From assembly GCF_000172995.2 (NCBI RefSeq), contig NC_014729.1:1350001-1382000 (forward strand): a DNA stretch of 32,000 nucleotides, in the 5' to 3' direction. The notes beneath the pieces are model-generated. The model was given only the letters and a program-made list of their open reading frames with translations. It ran no database searches and was not told the DNA's origin. Below are positions 7,865-16,918 of this stretch, one piece after another. Each line of letters opens with the position of its first letter. Positions within the stretch are counted from its first letter, which is position 1. The position numbers and the translations under genes are program-made. This DNA comes from Halogeometricum borinquense DSM 11551 (GTDB lineage: Archaea > Halobacteriota > Halobacteria > Halobacteriales > Haloferacaceae).

Positions 7865-8863
7865 ATGCGCCAGTATCTCGATTTAGTCACCGATGTTTTA
7901 TCAAACGGCCAACACAAGCCGAACCGCACCGGCGTAGACACGATTTCGGCATTTAGCCGCCACTACGAGGTGGACTTACAGGAGGGCTTTCCCCTCCTCA
8001 CGACGAAGGACCTCTCGGGCTTTCGCTGGAACTCGCTGATTCACGAGTTCGTCTGGTATCTCTCCGGCGAGGAACACATCCGGACGCTCCGCGAGGAAAC
8101 GGGTATCTGGGACGCGTGGGCCGACGAAGAGGGCCGCCTCGACACGGCCTATGGCCGGTTCTGGCGGCGTTTCCCCGTTCCCGACGAAGGGCTGCCGGGC
8201 GAAGCGTGGCCGGAGGATACCCATCGCTGGATGAACGACGAGGGGACGTTCGATCAGATCCAGTACGTTCTGGACACGCTTCGGGAGAATCCGAACTCCC
8301 GGCGCATGGTCGTCAACGCGTGGCATCCCGCCAACGCCGCCGTCTCGACGTTGCCGCCGTGCCACTACTCGTTCGTCTTCAACGTGCAGGGTGACAAGCT
8401 GAATCTCCATCTCACCCAGCGGTCGGGTGACATCGCCCTCGGAATCCCGTTCAATATCGCCGCGTACGCGCTTCTCGCTACTGCTGTCGCCCAACGGACC
8501 GGATTCGAGGTGGGCAAGTTCGCTCATACCGTCGTGGACGCGCACGTCTACTGCGGCGAGGGTGACCGCGGCGCGTGGTATGGCGACCACCTCTCGGACC
8601 TCCAGACACGCCTTGCAGACGTAAGCTCGCGCGATGAGTATCTCGACGTGCGCGATTGGTTGGTGGAGGCGGCACCCGCAGAGGCCGAGGGGAAAGAACG
8701 GTACGACCACGTTCCCGGCCTGCTGAAGCAGTGCGCCCGTGAACCCGGTGACAGACCGACCATCGACGTAGCTGACGTTCCCCTCGACGAACTCACGTAC
8801 GACGACATCGAACTGCACGACTACGACCCCGACGAGGGTATTCGATTCGCGGTGGCCGAGTAA
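7865..8863 (+). CDS. thyA: Thymidylate synthase (ThyA type)
   Basis: N-terminus is MRQYLDL. Catalytic LPPCH is present, and TQRSGDIALGIPFNIAAYALL is the classical ThyA signature. The haloarchaeal-length C-terminal extension is present. Confidence 0.95.
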   Translation: MRQYLDLVTDVLSNGQHKPNRTGVDTISAFSRHYEVDLQEGFPLLTTKDLSGFRWNSLIHEFVWYLSGEEHIRTLREETGIWDAWADEEGRLDTAYGRFWRRFPVPDEGLPGEAWPEDTHRWMNDEGTFDQIQYVLDTLRENPNSRRMVVNAWHPANAAVSTLPPCHYSFVFNVQGDKLNLHLTQRSGDIALGIPFNIAAYALLATAVAQRTGFEVGKFAHTVVDAHVYCGEGDRGAWYGDHLSDLQTRLADVSSRDEYLDVRDWLVEAAPAEAEGKERYDHVPGLLKQCAREPGDRPTIDVADVPLDELTYDDIELHDYDPDEGIRFAVAE

Positions 8864-9414
8864 TGAACGAGTCAGACTCGATCGACCGAGACACAACAGA
8901 TGCGAACGCCGAGAGCATCGAGTACGTCCTCGTCGCTGCCGTCGCCGAGAATGGTGTTATCGGCCGTGACGGCAGGATGCCGTGGCACTTCTCCGAAGAC
9001 ATGGCCCACTTCAAGCAGACGACGATGGGACATCCCGTTATTCTGGGTCGCAAAACGTACGAGAACATCGTAGACGCTATCGGCGAACCGTTCCCCGGTC
9101 GGATGAGTATCGTCCTCTCCTCCCGTGAGTTGGATCTCCCCGAAGGAGCCGTTCTCGCCAATTCAATCAAGGAAGCCACCGAGCGTGCCGAGTCGGTCGC
9201 AGAAGAGATGGGCGTCGAGACGGTGTACGTCGTCGGCGGCGCACGCGTCTACGCACAGTTCCTCCCGCGGGCGACGCGGATGATTCTGACCGAAATTCAC
9301 GACTCGTACGACGGCGAGACGGAGTTTCCTGAATGGGAGGAGGCGATGTGGATCGAGACGGACCGAGACGAACGAGAGTCGTTCGACTTCGTGACGTACG
9401 AACGAGTCGAGTAG
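8863..9414 (+). CDS. folA: Dihydrofolate reductase
   Basis: Motifs are VAAVAENGVIGRDGRMPW, GRKTYE and YVVGGARVY. The ATG overlaps the thyA stop by 1 nt (TAATG at 8861-8865). Confidence 0.9.
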   Translation: MNESDSIDRDTTDANAESIEYVLVAAVAENGVIGRDGRMPWHFSEDMAHFKQTTMGHPVILGRKTYENIVDAIGEPFPGRMSIVLSSRELDLPEGAVLANSIKEATERAESVAEEMGVETVYVVGGARVYAQFLPRATRMILTEIHDSYDGETEFPEWEEAMWIETDRDERESFDFVTYERVE

Positions 9415-9616
9415 CGAAACAGCCAGATAGGATTCCGCAGGTCCAGTTAACGTCATTATAACAACAATAATGGGATCCGGTGGGCCGTGTCAAGGCAGCG
9501 ACGACGCAGTGAGCATCCAATGTCATCGGACTCGGTTGAGACGAGGAGAGACCGGTGTCACCGTTTGACTAGTTCTCTCACTTACACTTATACTAAATCC
9601 GTCCTAACAACAGGTT

Positions 9617-9796
9617 ATGTCCGCTACATTTGAACTGTACGAGGACGAAGCAGGGCAGTTCCGATGGCGTCTGGTTCACGACAACGGCAACATCATCGCC
9701 GACAGCGGCGAGGGCTACGCCACGAAACAGAACGCCAGAAACGGCATCCAGAGCGTACAGGAGAACGCGCCGGAAGCGCCTATCGAGGAAGTGTAG
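9617..9796 (+). CDS. YegP/DUF1508-like small protein (59 aa), absent from the ORF track
   Basis: Hand translation of ATG 9617 to TAG 9794-9796 gives MSATFELYEDEAGQFRWRLVHDNGNIIADSGEGYATKQNARNGIQSVQENAPEAPIEEV. The pattern F-E-x-Y-x-D...FRWRL...NG..IA.S.EGY is the DUF1508 repeat as I recall it. Confidence 0.75.
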   Translation: MSATFELYEDEAGQFRWRLVHDNGNIIADSGEGYATKQNARNGIQSVQENAPEAPIEEV

Positions 9797-9882
9797 CGTC
9801 GAACAATCCGTCTGGTCCGCCGCGTCACCCCTCGGACGTACATACGTCGCCGGGATGCGGTACTATCGTCCCACGGTGGTGC

Positions 9883-9889
9883 TTTTATA
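9883..9889 (+). promoter_or_regulatory. TATA box for psmA (leaderless-type spacing)
   Basis: TTTTATA is centred ~28 nt upstream of ATG 9914. Confidence 0.5.
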
Positions 9890-9913
9890 CCTCCGGGGGC
9901 CGCACGTAGAGGC

Positions 9914-10657
9914 ATGAACCGGAACGACCAGCAGGCGTACGACCGGGGTACGTCGCTGTTCTCTCCCGACGGCCGTATCTATCAGGTCGAATATGCTCGC
10001 GAAGCGGTCAAACGAGGCGCACCGAGTGTCGGTATTAGAACCGCAGACGGCGTCGTCCTCGGCGCACAGCGTCGGACGAGTTCGTCGCTCATGGAAGCCG
10101 AGAGTATCGAGAAGATCCACAAACTCGACAGCTATCTCGGTGCCGCATCTTCGGGCCACGTCGCTGACGCCCGCCAACTCGTCGACGACGCGCGCGAAGA
10201 GTCGCAGGTGAACCACCTCCGCTACGGTGAGGCTATCGGCGTCGAAACGCTGGCGAAGACCCTCTCGGACATGATCCAAGAGAGCACGCAGCGCGGCGGT
10301 ACTCGGCCGTTCGGTGCGTCGCTGCTCATCGGTGGCATGGACGGCGAAGACGACGATGCCCAACCCCGCCTGTTCCAGACAGACCCCTCGGGCGCGCCGC
10401 ACGAGTGGAAAGCTGTCGCTATCGGATCGAACCGCGGCGATATCCAAGAGTTCCTCGAAGACGAGTGGAGCAGCGAACTCGCTCTGTCGGACGGTGTGAG
10501 TCTCGCTGTCCGCGCTCTCGCAGTTCCGGACGATGAAATCGAAGCGGCGGATCTGAGCATTGTCACCGTCTCTGCGGAGGGCTACTACAGCGTCGGATCG
10601 GACGAAATCGACGATATCCTCTCCGAACACGTGCCCGACGCGGACGACTCCGAGTAG
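9914..10657 (+). CDS. psmA: Proteasome subunit alpha
   Basis: The N-terminus contains YDRGTSLFSPDGRIYQVEYAREAV, the canonical 20S alpha-subunit motif. Length is 247 aa. Confidence 0.95.
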   Translation: MNRNDQQAYDRGTSLFSPDGRIYQVEYAREAVKRGAPSVGIRTADGVVLGAQRRTSSSLMEAESIEKIHKLDSYLGAASSGHVADARQLVDDAREESQVNHLRYGEAIGVETLAKTLSDMIQESTQRGGTRPFGASLLIGGMDGEDDDAQPRLFQTDPSGAPHEWKAVAIGSNRGDIQEFLEDEWSSELALSDGVSLAVRALAVPDDEIEAADLSIVTVSAEGYYSVGSDEIDDILSEHVPDADDSE

Positions 10658-10663
10658 GGCGAG

Positions 10664-11524
10664 ATGACGACAGATTCGGCGTCGGAGGACGGGACAGATT
10701 CCGAATGCGATCAGACGGCCGTCGTCCGGCGTCTCACGACGTTTCCGGTGAAATCGCTCGACGGATACGACCGCGAGTCGGTTCGAATCGTACGGAACGG
10801 CGGGCTTGACGGAGACAGAGAGTTCGCCCTGTTCGACGAGTCGGGCGACTACGTGAACGGGAAGCGCGAACGCGCAGTCCACCGAATCGACGCCGATTTT
10901 GACCCTGACAAGCGGATGCTTCGCCTTGCCGTCTCCGACAGAACAGAGACGTTCGATGTGGATGCGGACAGGGCCGAACTGACGGCGTTTCTCTCCGACT
11001 ATTTCGACTACGAGGTGTCGCTTCGACAGAACCGTGAGGGTGGCTTTCCCGACGACACCGAGGCATCGGGTCCGACTGTCGTGAGTACTGCCACGCTCCG
11101 CGAAGTGGCGTCGTGGTTCGACGGCATCGATACCGACGGGATGCGCCGCCGTCTCCGTGCGAACGTCGAACTCGGCGCGGCGGGCGACGAGGTGCTGCCC
11201 GCGTTCTGGGAAGACCACCTGTTCGACGAACGAGGCCGCGTCGTCGAATTCTCTATCGGTGACGTTCAACTCGAAGGTGTCAACCCGTGTCAGCGGTGCG
11301 TCGTCCCGTCACGCGACCCGGACACCGGCGCGGAGTACGATGGATTCCGCGAAACGTTCATTCGGCATCGCGGCGAGACGAAGCCCCCGTGGTCCGGCGG
11401 CGATTGGTTTAACCACGACTTCCGTCTCATGGTGAACACGCGTGTCCCGAAAGAATCGTGGGGCGAGACGATTGCAGTCGGTGACGAGATTCGCGTCGGC
11501 ACGTCGCAGCCAGCGGATAACTGA
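10664..11524 (+). CDS. MOSC domain-containing protein (N-terminal beta-barrel plus MOSC)
   Basis: FPVKSLDG lies near the N-terminus, and the conserved Cys region is NPCQRCVVPSRDPDTG. The start is only 6 nt after the psmA stop. Confidence 0.85.
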   Translation: MTTDSASEDGTDSECDQTAVVRRLTTFPVKSLDGYDRESVRIVRNGGLDGDREFALFDESGDYVNGKRERAVHRIDADFDPDKRMLRLAVSDRTETFDVDADRAELTAFLSDYFDYEVSLRQNREGGFPDDTEASGPTVVSTATLREVASWFDGIDTDGMRRRLRANVELGAAGDEVLPAFWEDHLFDERGRVVEFSIGDVQLEGVNPCQRCVVPSRDPDTGAEYDGFRETFIRHRGETKPPWSGGDWFNHDFRLMVNTRVPKESWGETIAVGDEIRVGTSQPADN

Positions 11525-11729
11525 TTTTCGGGCGAGCAGTCGGTCGTCGTCGATTTCGATCACCGGGTAGCCAACATCGACGATGACGGCAGTGTACGCG
11601 AGATAACGGCAAGGAAACTGGACGGTTGCGCGGAGACAAAACGATAGCGCCCCCCGATTGCACCCCGGGCCGCAGTGTGCGCTACCGCTACCCGGACGTT
11701 TACGCGGGGCGACGGAGAACGGAGCGGAC

Positions 11730-12920
11730 ATGGACGCAGACCGACTCGTGTTCGAGGGCGGCCGCGTTGCCGACGCCCGCGGGACGCGACGCGCGGACGT
11801 GGTCGTGGATGTTGAGACTGGACGTATCATCGCGGTGAGCGACGAAGACAGCGTACAACCCGGCGACGAGAACACGGAGGCAGTGGACGTTTCAGGAAAG
11901 GTGGTCGCGCCGGGTCTCGTGGACGCACACGTCCACTTGATGATGGACGGCCGGCCGGACGTCACGACGATAAATCAGGACGGGCGCGAACTGCTGAGCT
12001 ATCGTGCCGCCGCCAACCTCCGAGCGAACATCGAGGCGGGGGTGACGACAGTTCGTGACCTCGGCGCACCGGGTCGGCTCGCTATCGACGCCGGAGTGGC
12101 TGTCGAAGAGGGCGTTCTCGACGGGCCGCGCGTCGTCGCCTGCGGTGAGAACGTCGTCATGACCGGTGGGCACGGTCACTGGTTCGGCCGCGAAGCAGAT
12201 GGGGCTGCGGAGGTACAAAAAGCGGTCCGCGAGCAACTGAAACGCGGTGCGGGCGTCGTCAAGTGCATGGCGACGGGCGGTGTTCTCACCGAAGGTGCCG
12301 TCACGGGCGCGCCGGAACTCACAGAGAGGGAACTGTCGGCGGTCGTTGACACCGCGTCAGCGAAAGGTGTGCCGACGGCCGCACATGCTCACGGCGAGGT
12401 CGGCATCAAGAACGCCGTCCGCGCGGGGATCACAAGCGTCGAACACGGGACATTCATGGACCGAGAGGCGGCCGAATTGATGGCCCGCGAGGGAACGTAC
12501 TGGGTGCCGACGGCAAGCGCGCTCGAAGGGATTGTAGAGAACGGCGTCGAAGCAGGGATTCCCGAACAGGCCGTCGAGAAGGCTGAAGACGCTCAAGACC
12601 GCTTCGAGCGTGCGTGGGAACACGCACTTGAGGCGGGTGTGACGATTGCGATGGGCACCGACGCCGGGACGCCGTTCAACTTCCACGGCGAGAACGCCCT
12701 GCGCGAGATGGAACTGATGGTCGAGTACGGCCTCTCCGCCGAGGCGGCGCTCGAAGCCGCCACGATCAACGCCGCCGAATTGCTCGGTGTGTCAGACGTG
12801 GGGCGCATTGCCGAGGGGTACCGCGCTGACATGCTCGTTCTCACCGACGATCCGAACGAGAACGTGAGCGCGTGGCGCGGTAGTGAGGCCGTCTACCGCG
12901 ACGGCGAACGGGTCGCGTGA
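11730..12920 (+). CDS. Amidohydrolase family protein (metal-dependent hydrolase, imidazolonepropionase/prolidase-like)
   Basis: The start is taken at MDADRLVFEGG (ATG 11730). Motifs are PGLVDAHVHL (HxH), AAHAHG and GTDAG. The 24-codon upstream extension in the track is not protein-like. Confidence 0.85.
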   Translation: MDADRLVFEGGRVADARGTRRADVVVDVETGRIIAVSDEDSVQPGDENTEAVDVSGKVVAPGLVDAHVHLMMDGRPDVTTINQDGRELLSYRAAANLRANIEAGVTTVRDLGAPGRLAIDAGVAVEEGVLDGPRVVACGENVVMTGGHGHWFGREADGAAEVQKAVREQLKRGAGVVKCMATGGVLTEGAVTGAPELTERELSAVVDTASAKGVPTAAHAHGEVGIKNAVRAGITSVEHGTFMDREAAELMAREGTYWVPTASALEGIVENGVEAGIPEQAVEKAEDAQDRFERAWEHALEAGVTIAMGTDAGTPFNFHGENALREMELMVEYGLSAEAALEAATINAAELLGVSDVGRIAEGYRADMLVLTDDPNENVSAWRGSEAVYRDGERVA

Positions 12921-13007
12921 GCGGCGACGGTCAAGTCGTCTAACCGCCTGTTTCGCCCGGTTCGATGATGCGCCACGACACGCCACGGCCATACCGAAAC
13001 GGAATGG

Positions 13008-13014
13008 TTTTATT
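13008..13014 (+). promoter_or_regulatory. TATA box for tRNA-Glu
   Basis: TTTTATT is centred ~28 nt upstream of tRNA position 1 (13039). Confidence 0.45.
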
Positions 13015-13038
13015 CATCCGGGCGATACGGACAGATGC

Positions 13039-13113
13039 GCTCTGGTGGTGTAGTCCGGCCAATCATATCACCCTCTCACGGTGATGACCAGGGTTCAAAT
13101 CCCTGCCGGAGCA
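13039..13113 (+). tRNA. tRNA-Glu (anticodon CTC)
   Basis: Folded by hand. Acceptor stem is GCTCTGG/CCGGAGC with one G-T pair. Anticodon stem is TCACC/GGTGA with loop CTCTCAC. T-arm is CAGGG-TTCAAAT-CCCTG, and the discriminator is A. No CCA is encoded and there is no intron. Confidence 0.85.
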
Positions 13114-13207
13114 TTTCTGTCGAGTACGAAACCGCGAGCGGCCGCTTCGTGTGTCGGTCGTGTCCTGTACGAAATCTAATTTCGTCGTCCAGACCCGACA
13201 CGACGGT

Positions 13208-13981
13208 TCAGATTCGTCGTTCGTCCTCCGACGACGACTCTGAAGTCGGCGTACCCGAGGATTCATACGACTCCTCGCGGTCCCGGCGCAGTTCCTCCGA
13301 GAGGAGTTCACCCCGCGTGTGCCACGTCCGCGGTCGGTACGCGACCACTGTTGCAGCGGCGAACAGACTGATGACGATGGCGATGACGACGACGCCGGGA
13401 ATCCGGCCGACGGCCGCGCTCGCTGGCCACGGATCAACGGAGAATGCCGTCACGCGGAGTAGCCATGCGCCGTTCAACACGGCGAACAAGGGGAGATACA
13501 CCCGACGAAGGCGGTGAGCCAGTGCCTCCTCAAACGTGATCTTCAGCGTCGGGTGACGATAGTCACGCGCGAGTTCGGCGCGCCACTTCTCGTCGCGGAG
13601 GGGTGACTCAGGATCCAATCCGGGTGCCCAGACGTGCTCTTGGAGGTAGCGAACGCGAGAGCGCCACACGTCGTACGCGCGGTAACGGCGGGCCTCGATA
13701 CAGAGAAAGAGACCGACGGCGGCGTTTCCAAGCAGGATGACGTAGTGGGGGTGCGTCGCCTGCGAGAACGCCCACGTCAACACGGCGGCCATCAGAATAA
13801 CCGCCCAGTTCGTCGTTCGGTCCAGACGCTCCCGCCACAGTTTCATCCGATGTATCTCGCCGCGATACAGGTGAGCCATCGCTGAACTCGGACCCATCTC
13901 TGTGTCGAGAAGTCCGCGACCGACGTTGTGATCGGCCGTCGGCCCGTCTTCCTCCCGCTTTTCCCCACCACGTTCGGACAT
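13208..13981 (-). CDS. Integral membrane protein, probably DUF2270 family
   Basis: 257 aa. The motif YRGEIHRMKLWRERLDRTTNWAV is followed by several TM helices and a Ser/Glu-rich tail. The family assignment is from memory. Confidence 0.7.
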   Translation of the reverse strand: MSERGGEKREEDGPTADHNVGRGLLDTEMGPSSAMAHLYRGEIHRMKLWRERLDRTTNWAVILMAAVLTWAFSQATHPHYVILLGNAAVGLFLCIEARRYRAYDVWRSRVRYLQEHVWAPGLDPESPLRDEKWRAELARDYRHPTLKITFEEALAHRLRRVYLPLFAVLNGAWLLRVTAFSVDPWPASAAVGRIPGVVVIAIVISLFAAATVVAYRPRTWHTRGELLSEELRRDREESYESSGTPTSESSSEDERRI

Positions 13982-14115
13982 CTATATTGTATAGTATTGT
14001 GCTGGCGGTGAAAACAATTGTGTCGGTACTGTCGCGTGACGACTCGACACACCGGGTTTCCGGTGGATCGTTCGTGATGGTTTCGAGAGTTCGAGGGTCG
14101 TTCGGACTCGTTACA

Positions 14116-15714
14116 TCACATCACGTCGTCAAGGCGTTCTTCGAGGAGTCCCGTAGCGACGAGTTCGGCGACGGCTTCGATGTCGGCGTCGAGGCTCCGG
14201 TCCTCGGTCACCGGCGGCGACACCTCACGAACGAGTTCGTAGACGACGCTCGTTCCGCGGCCGTGCGCGAGGGAGTCGTCCACGAACTCCGAGGCCTGTG
14301 ATCCGGTGAGTAGTTCGACGGCGACGACGGTTCGCGCGTTTTCGAGGACGGACTTCGCGCTGAACGCGCTCGTCGCACTCATGCTCACGTGGTCCTCTTG
14401 GCCGCCGCTGACGGGCGTGTTGTCCATCGAGGGTCGGCCCGTGGCGCGAATCTCGTTTATCAACGACGCCGCAGTGTACTGTGGGATCATGAACCCCGAG
14501 TTGAGACCGCTATCCTCCGCAAGGAACGGCGGCAGGTGATCTTCTTGGATGTTCGGGTTCACCATCCGGTCTACGCGGCGTTCGCTGATGGCGGCGAGTT
14601 CGGTCAGCGCGCTCACGAGGTAGTCGAGACGTAGAGCAAGCGGTTCACCGTGGAAATTACCGCCAGAGATGACGACCGCGTCGTCCGTCCCCGTCGCTCG
14701 GTTGTCTGCGTTCTCGGCATCGAAGACGAGCGGGTTGTCCGTCGCGCTGTTGAGTTCGATTTCCACCGCTTCGCGAAGGTGTTCGATAGCGTCGCGCACC
14801 GCGCCGTGAACCTGCGGAAGACATCGGACTGAGTAGGCGTCCTGTACTCTGTCGCAGTTGGCGTGGGACTCGACGATTTCGGAGTTCGCGGTGAGTTCTT
14901 GGATGTGTTCGGCCACGGCCGCCTGCCCGCCGTGCGGACGGACCCGGTGGATGGCCGGGTCGCAGTTCGCCGTCGTGCCCATCGTTACCTCAGTCGTCAG
15001 GGCACCGGCGGCGTCGGCGGCCTCAGCCAGTCGCTCAGCATCTACAACGAGCAACGCCGCAACGCCGGTCGTCAACTGCGTCCCGTTGATGAGCGCCAAG
15101 CCCTCCTTCGGCGCGAGCGTCAGCGGTTCAAGTTCGGCCGTCGCTAACGCCTCCGCTCCGGAGAGGCGTTCGCGCTCACCGTGTTCACCGCTCACCGTCG
15201 CCTCGCCCTCACCGATGAGAACCAACGCGAGGTGTGCGAGCGGTGCCAAGTCGCCGGACGCGCCGAGGCTCCCGCGCGAGCGAACCACCGGGTGGATGCG
15301 CTCGTTGAGCATCGTCGCCAAGTGATCCACGACGATTTCGCGGACACCCGAATACCCTTTCACGAGGGCATTCAGACGGGTGAGAAGGAGTGAACGGACT
15401 TCTTCGGTGTCGAGCGCGCGGCCCGCTCCGGAAGCGTGACTGCGGAGCAGATTCGTCTGGAGTTGTTCGATTTCGGACTCCTCGATACGGGTATCGACGA
15501 GTTGTCCGAACCCGGTGTTCAGACCGTACACCGCCTGTCCGCTCTCGACAATCTCTGCGACGCGTTCGCGCGAGGCGACGACCGCAGCTCGCGCCTCCTC
15601 GTCGATTTCGACCTTCGCACCGCGTCGGGCGACCGCTTCCACGTCTTCGGGCGTGAGCGACTCGCCGTCTACGACGACTGTTTCCGGTGCGGCGTCAGAG
15701 GATGCATCAGTCAT
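14116..15714 (-). CDS. hutH: Histidine ammonia-lyase
   Basis: The start is taken at [17 protein letters not shown] (Met 15714). The MIO-forming motif is GSLGASGDLAPLAHLA. The start overlaps the hutI stop by 8 nt (ATGACTGA). Confidence 0.95.
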   Translation of the reverse strand: MTDASSDAAPETVVVDGESLTPEDVEAVARRGAKVEIDEEARAAVVASRERVAEIVESGQAVYGLNTGFGQLVDTRIEESEIEQLQTNLLRSHASGAGRALDTEEVRSLLLTRLNALVKGYSGVREIVVDHLATMLNERIHPVVRSRGSLGASGDLAPLAHLALVLIGEGEATVSGEHGERERLSGAEALATAELEPLTLAPKEGLALINGTQLTTGVAALLVVDAERLAEAADAAGALTTEVTMGTTANCDPAIHRVRPHGGQAAVAEHIQELTANSEIVESHANCDRVQDAYSVRCLPQVHGAVRDAIEHLREAVEIELNSATDNPLVFDAENADNRATGTDDAVVISGGNFHGEPLALRLDYLVSALTELAAISERRVDRMVNPNIQEDHLPPFLAEDSGLNSGFMIPQYTAASLINEIRATGRPSMDNTPVSGGQEDHVSMSATSAFSAKSVLENARTVVAVELLTGSQASEFVDDSLAHGRGTSVVYELVREVSPPVTEDRSLDADIEAVAELVATGLLEERLDDVM

Positions 15715-16918
15715 GGGCCACCTCCCCGTCGATGACGACGGTGTCGATGCTGTTGACGCCGAAGTTGTACGACAGGTGGACGTAACTCGGCGCATCGAGG
15801 ACGGCGAGGTCGGCGGGCGACCCGGTTTCGAGTCGTCCCGCCTCGGCGCGGTCAATCGCCCGTGCGGCGTTCACCGTCGAGGCACCGAGCGCCTGTGCGG
15901 GCGTCATCCCCATCTCGACGCATCCGAGCGTCATGGCGAACGGCATACTCTGCGAGTAGCAGTTGGGGTTCAAGTCCGTGGCGAGTGCGACTGGCGCGCC
16001 GTGTTCGAGGAACATCTCGGCGTCGGCGTACTCGGCACCGAGACCGAACGCCGTCCCCGGCAGGAGAACTGGCGTCGTGTCGGCGGCAACGAGAGCGTCG
16101 ATGTCCTCGCCCGTCGTGTGCAGCAGGTGGTCGGCGCTGGTCGCACCCACTTCGGCGGCTAACTGCGTTCCGCCGAGATGCGTCAACTCCTCGGCGTGGA
16201 CTTTCGGCGTCAGCCCGTGTTCTTTCCCCGCTTCCAGCACGCGCCGAGACTGCTCGACGTCGAAAACGCCTTCCTCGCAGAACACGTCGCAGAACTCCGC
16301 GATACCCTGTTCTGCTGCCTTCGGAATCTGTTCGCTTACGACCGATTCGACGTAGTCGTCGGTGTCAGTTCCGTTCGGGACGGCGTGTGCACCCATGAAC
16401 GTCGGGACGACGCGAATCGGATGCCTGTCGGCCGCCCGGTCGATGGCCTCCAACATCCGCAGTTCCGTCTCGGTGTCGAGACCGTAGCCGGACTTTACCT
16501 CTGCCGTCGTCGTCCCGTGGGCCAGCATAACGTCGAACTGTTCGAGGAGGTTCTCGACCAGTTCGTCCGTCGAGGCGTCGCGGACTGCTTCGACGGTCCG
16601 CAGAATGCCGCCTCCCTCCGAAAGGATCTCTTGGTAGGTCTTTCCGCGGAGTTTGGCCTCGAACTCGTCGGATCGGTCGCCTGCAAAGAGAGCGTGCGTG
16701 TGCGGATCGACGAATCCGGGGACGATTGCCTGTCCCGCGCAGTCGAGTACGTTTTCTGCGTCGCTCTCGGGGTACTCGCTCGTCACCTCGTCCGTTGGAC
16801 CGACGGCGACGATGTGGCCGTCTTCGATGGCGACGGCGGCGTCTTCGATGCTGTCCAATCGCTCGTGATCGGCGTACGTTACGACTTCCGCTGCGTTGGT
16901 CAAGAGAAGATCAATCAT
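15707..16918 (-). CDS. hutI: Imidazolonepropionase
   Basis: The start is taken at [14 protein letters not shown] (Met 16918). VDPHTH and further amidohydrolase metal-ligand motifs are present. The start overlaps the hutG stop by 4 nt (ATGA). Confidence 0.9.
   Translation of the reverse strand: MIDLLLTNAAEVVTYADHERLDSIEDAAVAIEDGHIVAVGPTDEVTSEYPESDAENVLDCAGQAIVPGFVDPHTHALFAGDRSDEFEAKLRGKTYQEILSEGGGILRTVEAVRDASTDELVENLLEQFDVMLAHGTTTAEVKSGYGLDTETELRMLEAIDRAADRHPIRVVPTFMGAHAVPNGTDTDDYVESVVSEQIPKAAEQGIAEFCDVFCEEGVFDVEQSRRVLEAGKEHGLTPKVHAEELTHLGGTQLAAEVGATSADHLLHTTGEDIDALVAADTTPVLLPGTAFGLGAEYADAEMFLEHGAPVALATDLNPNCYSQSMPFAMTLGCVEMGMTPAQALGASTVNAARAIDRAEAGRLETGSPADLAVLDAPSYVHLSYNFGVNSIDTVVIDGEVAHD

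Noticed and set aside
7976-8896. 306-aa - strand ORF; also 2516..3157 (213 aa) and 58..690 (210 aa)
   Set aside because: These are antisense to thyA, phr and the MptE-like gene respectively. All have basic, non-haloarchaeal composition.
9454-9472. AT-only hairpin CATTAT-AACAACA-ATAATG between folA and the YegP-like ORF
   Set aside because: A 6-bp A/T stem is thermodynamically marginal and expected by chance in an AT-rich spacer. No RNA-family features were seen nearby.
9863-11269. 468-aa ORF on the - strand, the longest non-annotated ORF in the window
   Set aside because: It lies fully antisense to psmA and the MOSC gene, both of which carry unmistakable family motifs. Its product is Arg-rich and basic, unlike haloarchaeal proteins. 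It is a typical shadow ORF of GC-rich DNA.
11543-11587. Imperfect inverted repeat GTCGTCGTCGAT-N21-ATCGACGATGAC downstream of the MOSC gene
   Set aside because: It matches in 11 of 12 positions with a 21-nt loop and is built from a common GTC/GAC-rich codon-like sequence. It could be a weak terminator, but it is not distinctive enough to call.
12921-14115. Possible integrated element at tRNA-Glu
   Set aside because: There is no integrase or recombinase, no direct repeat of the tRNA 3' end, and no compositional break. The neighbours are a DUF2270-like membrane gene and the hut operon.
15715-15855. Upstream extensions of track ORFs: hutH to 15855, hutI to 17008, hutU to 19940, sod to 3742, MBL to 6203, amidohydrolase to 11658, lipoprotein to 7195, secreted protein to 24309
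   Set aside because: The extensions are Arg/Ser/Thr-rich and overlap the preceding gene. The internal Met starts give canonical N-termini and exact stop/start coupling or proper TATA spacing.
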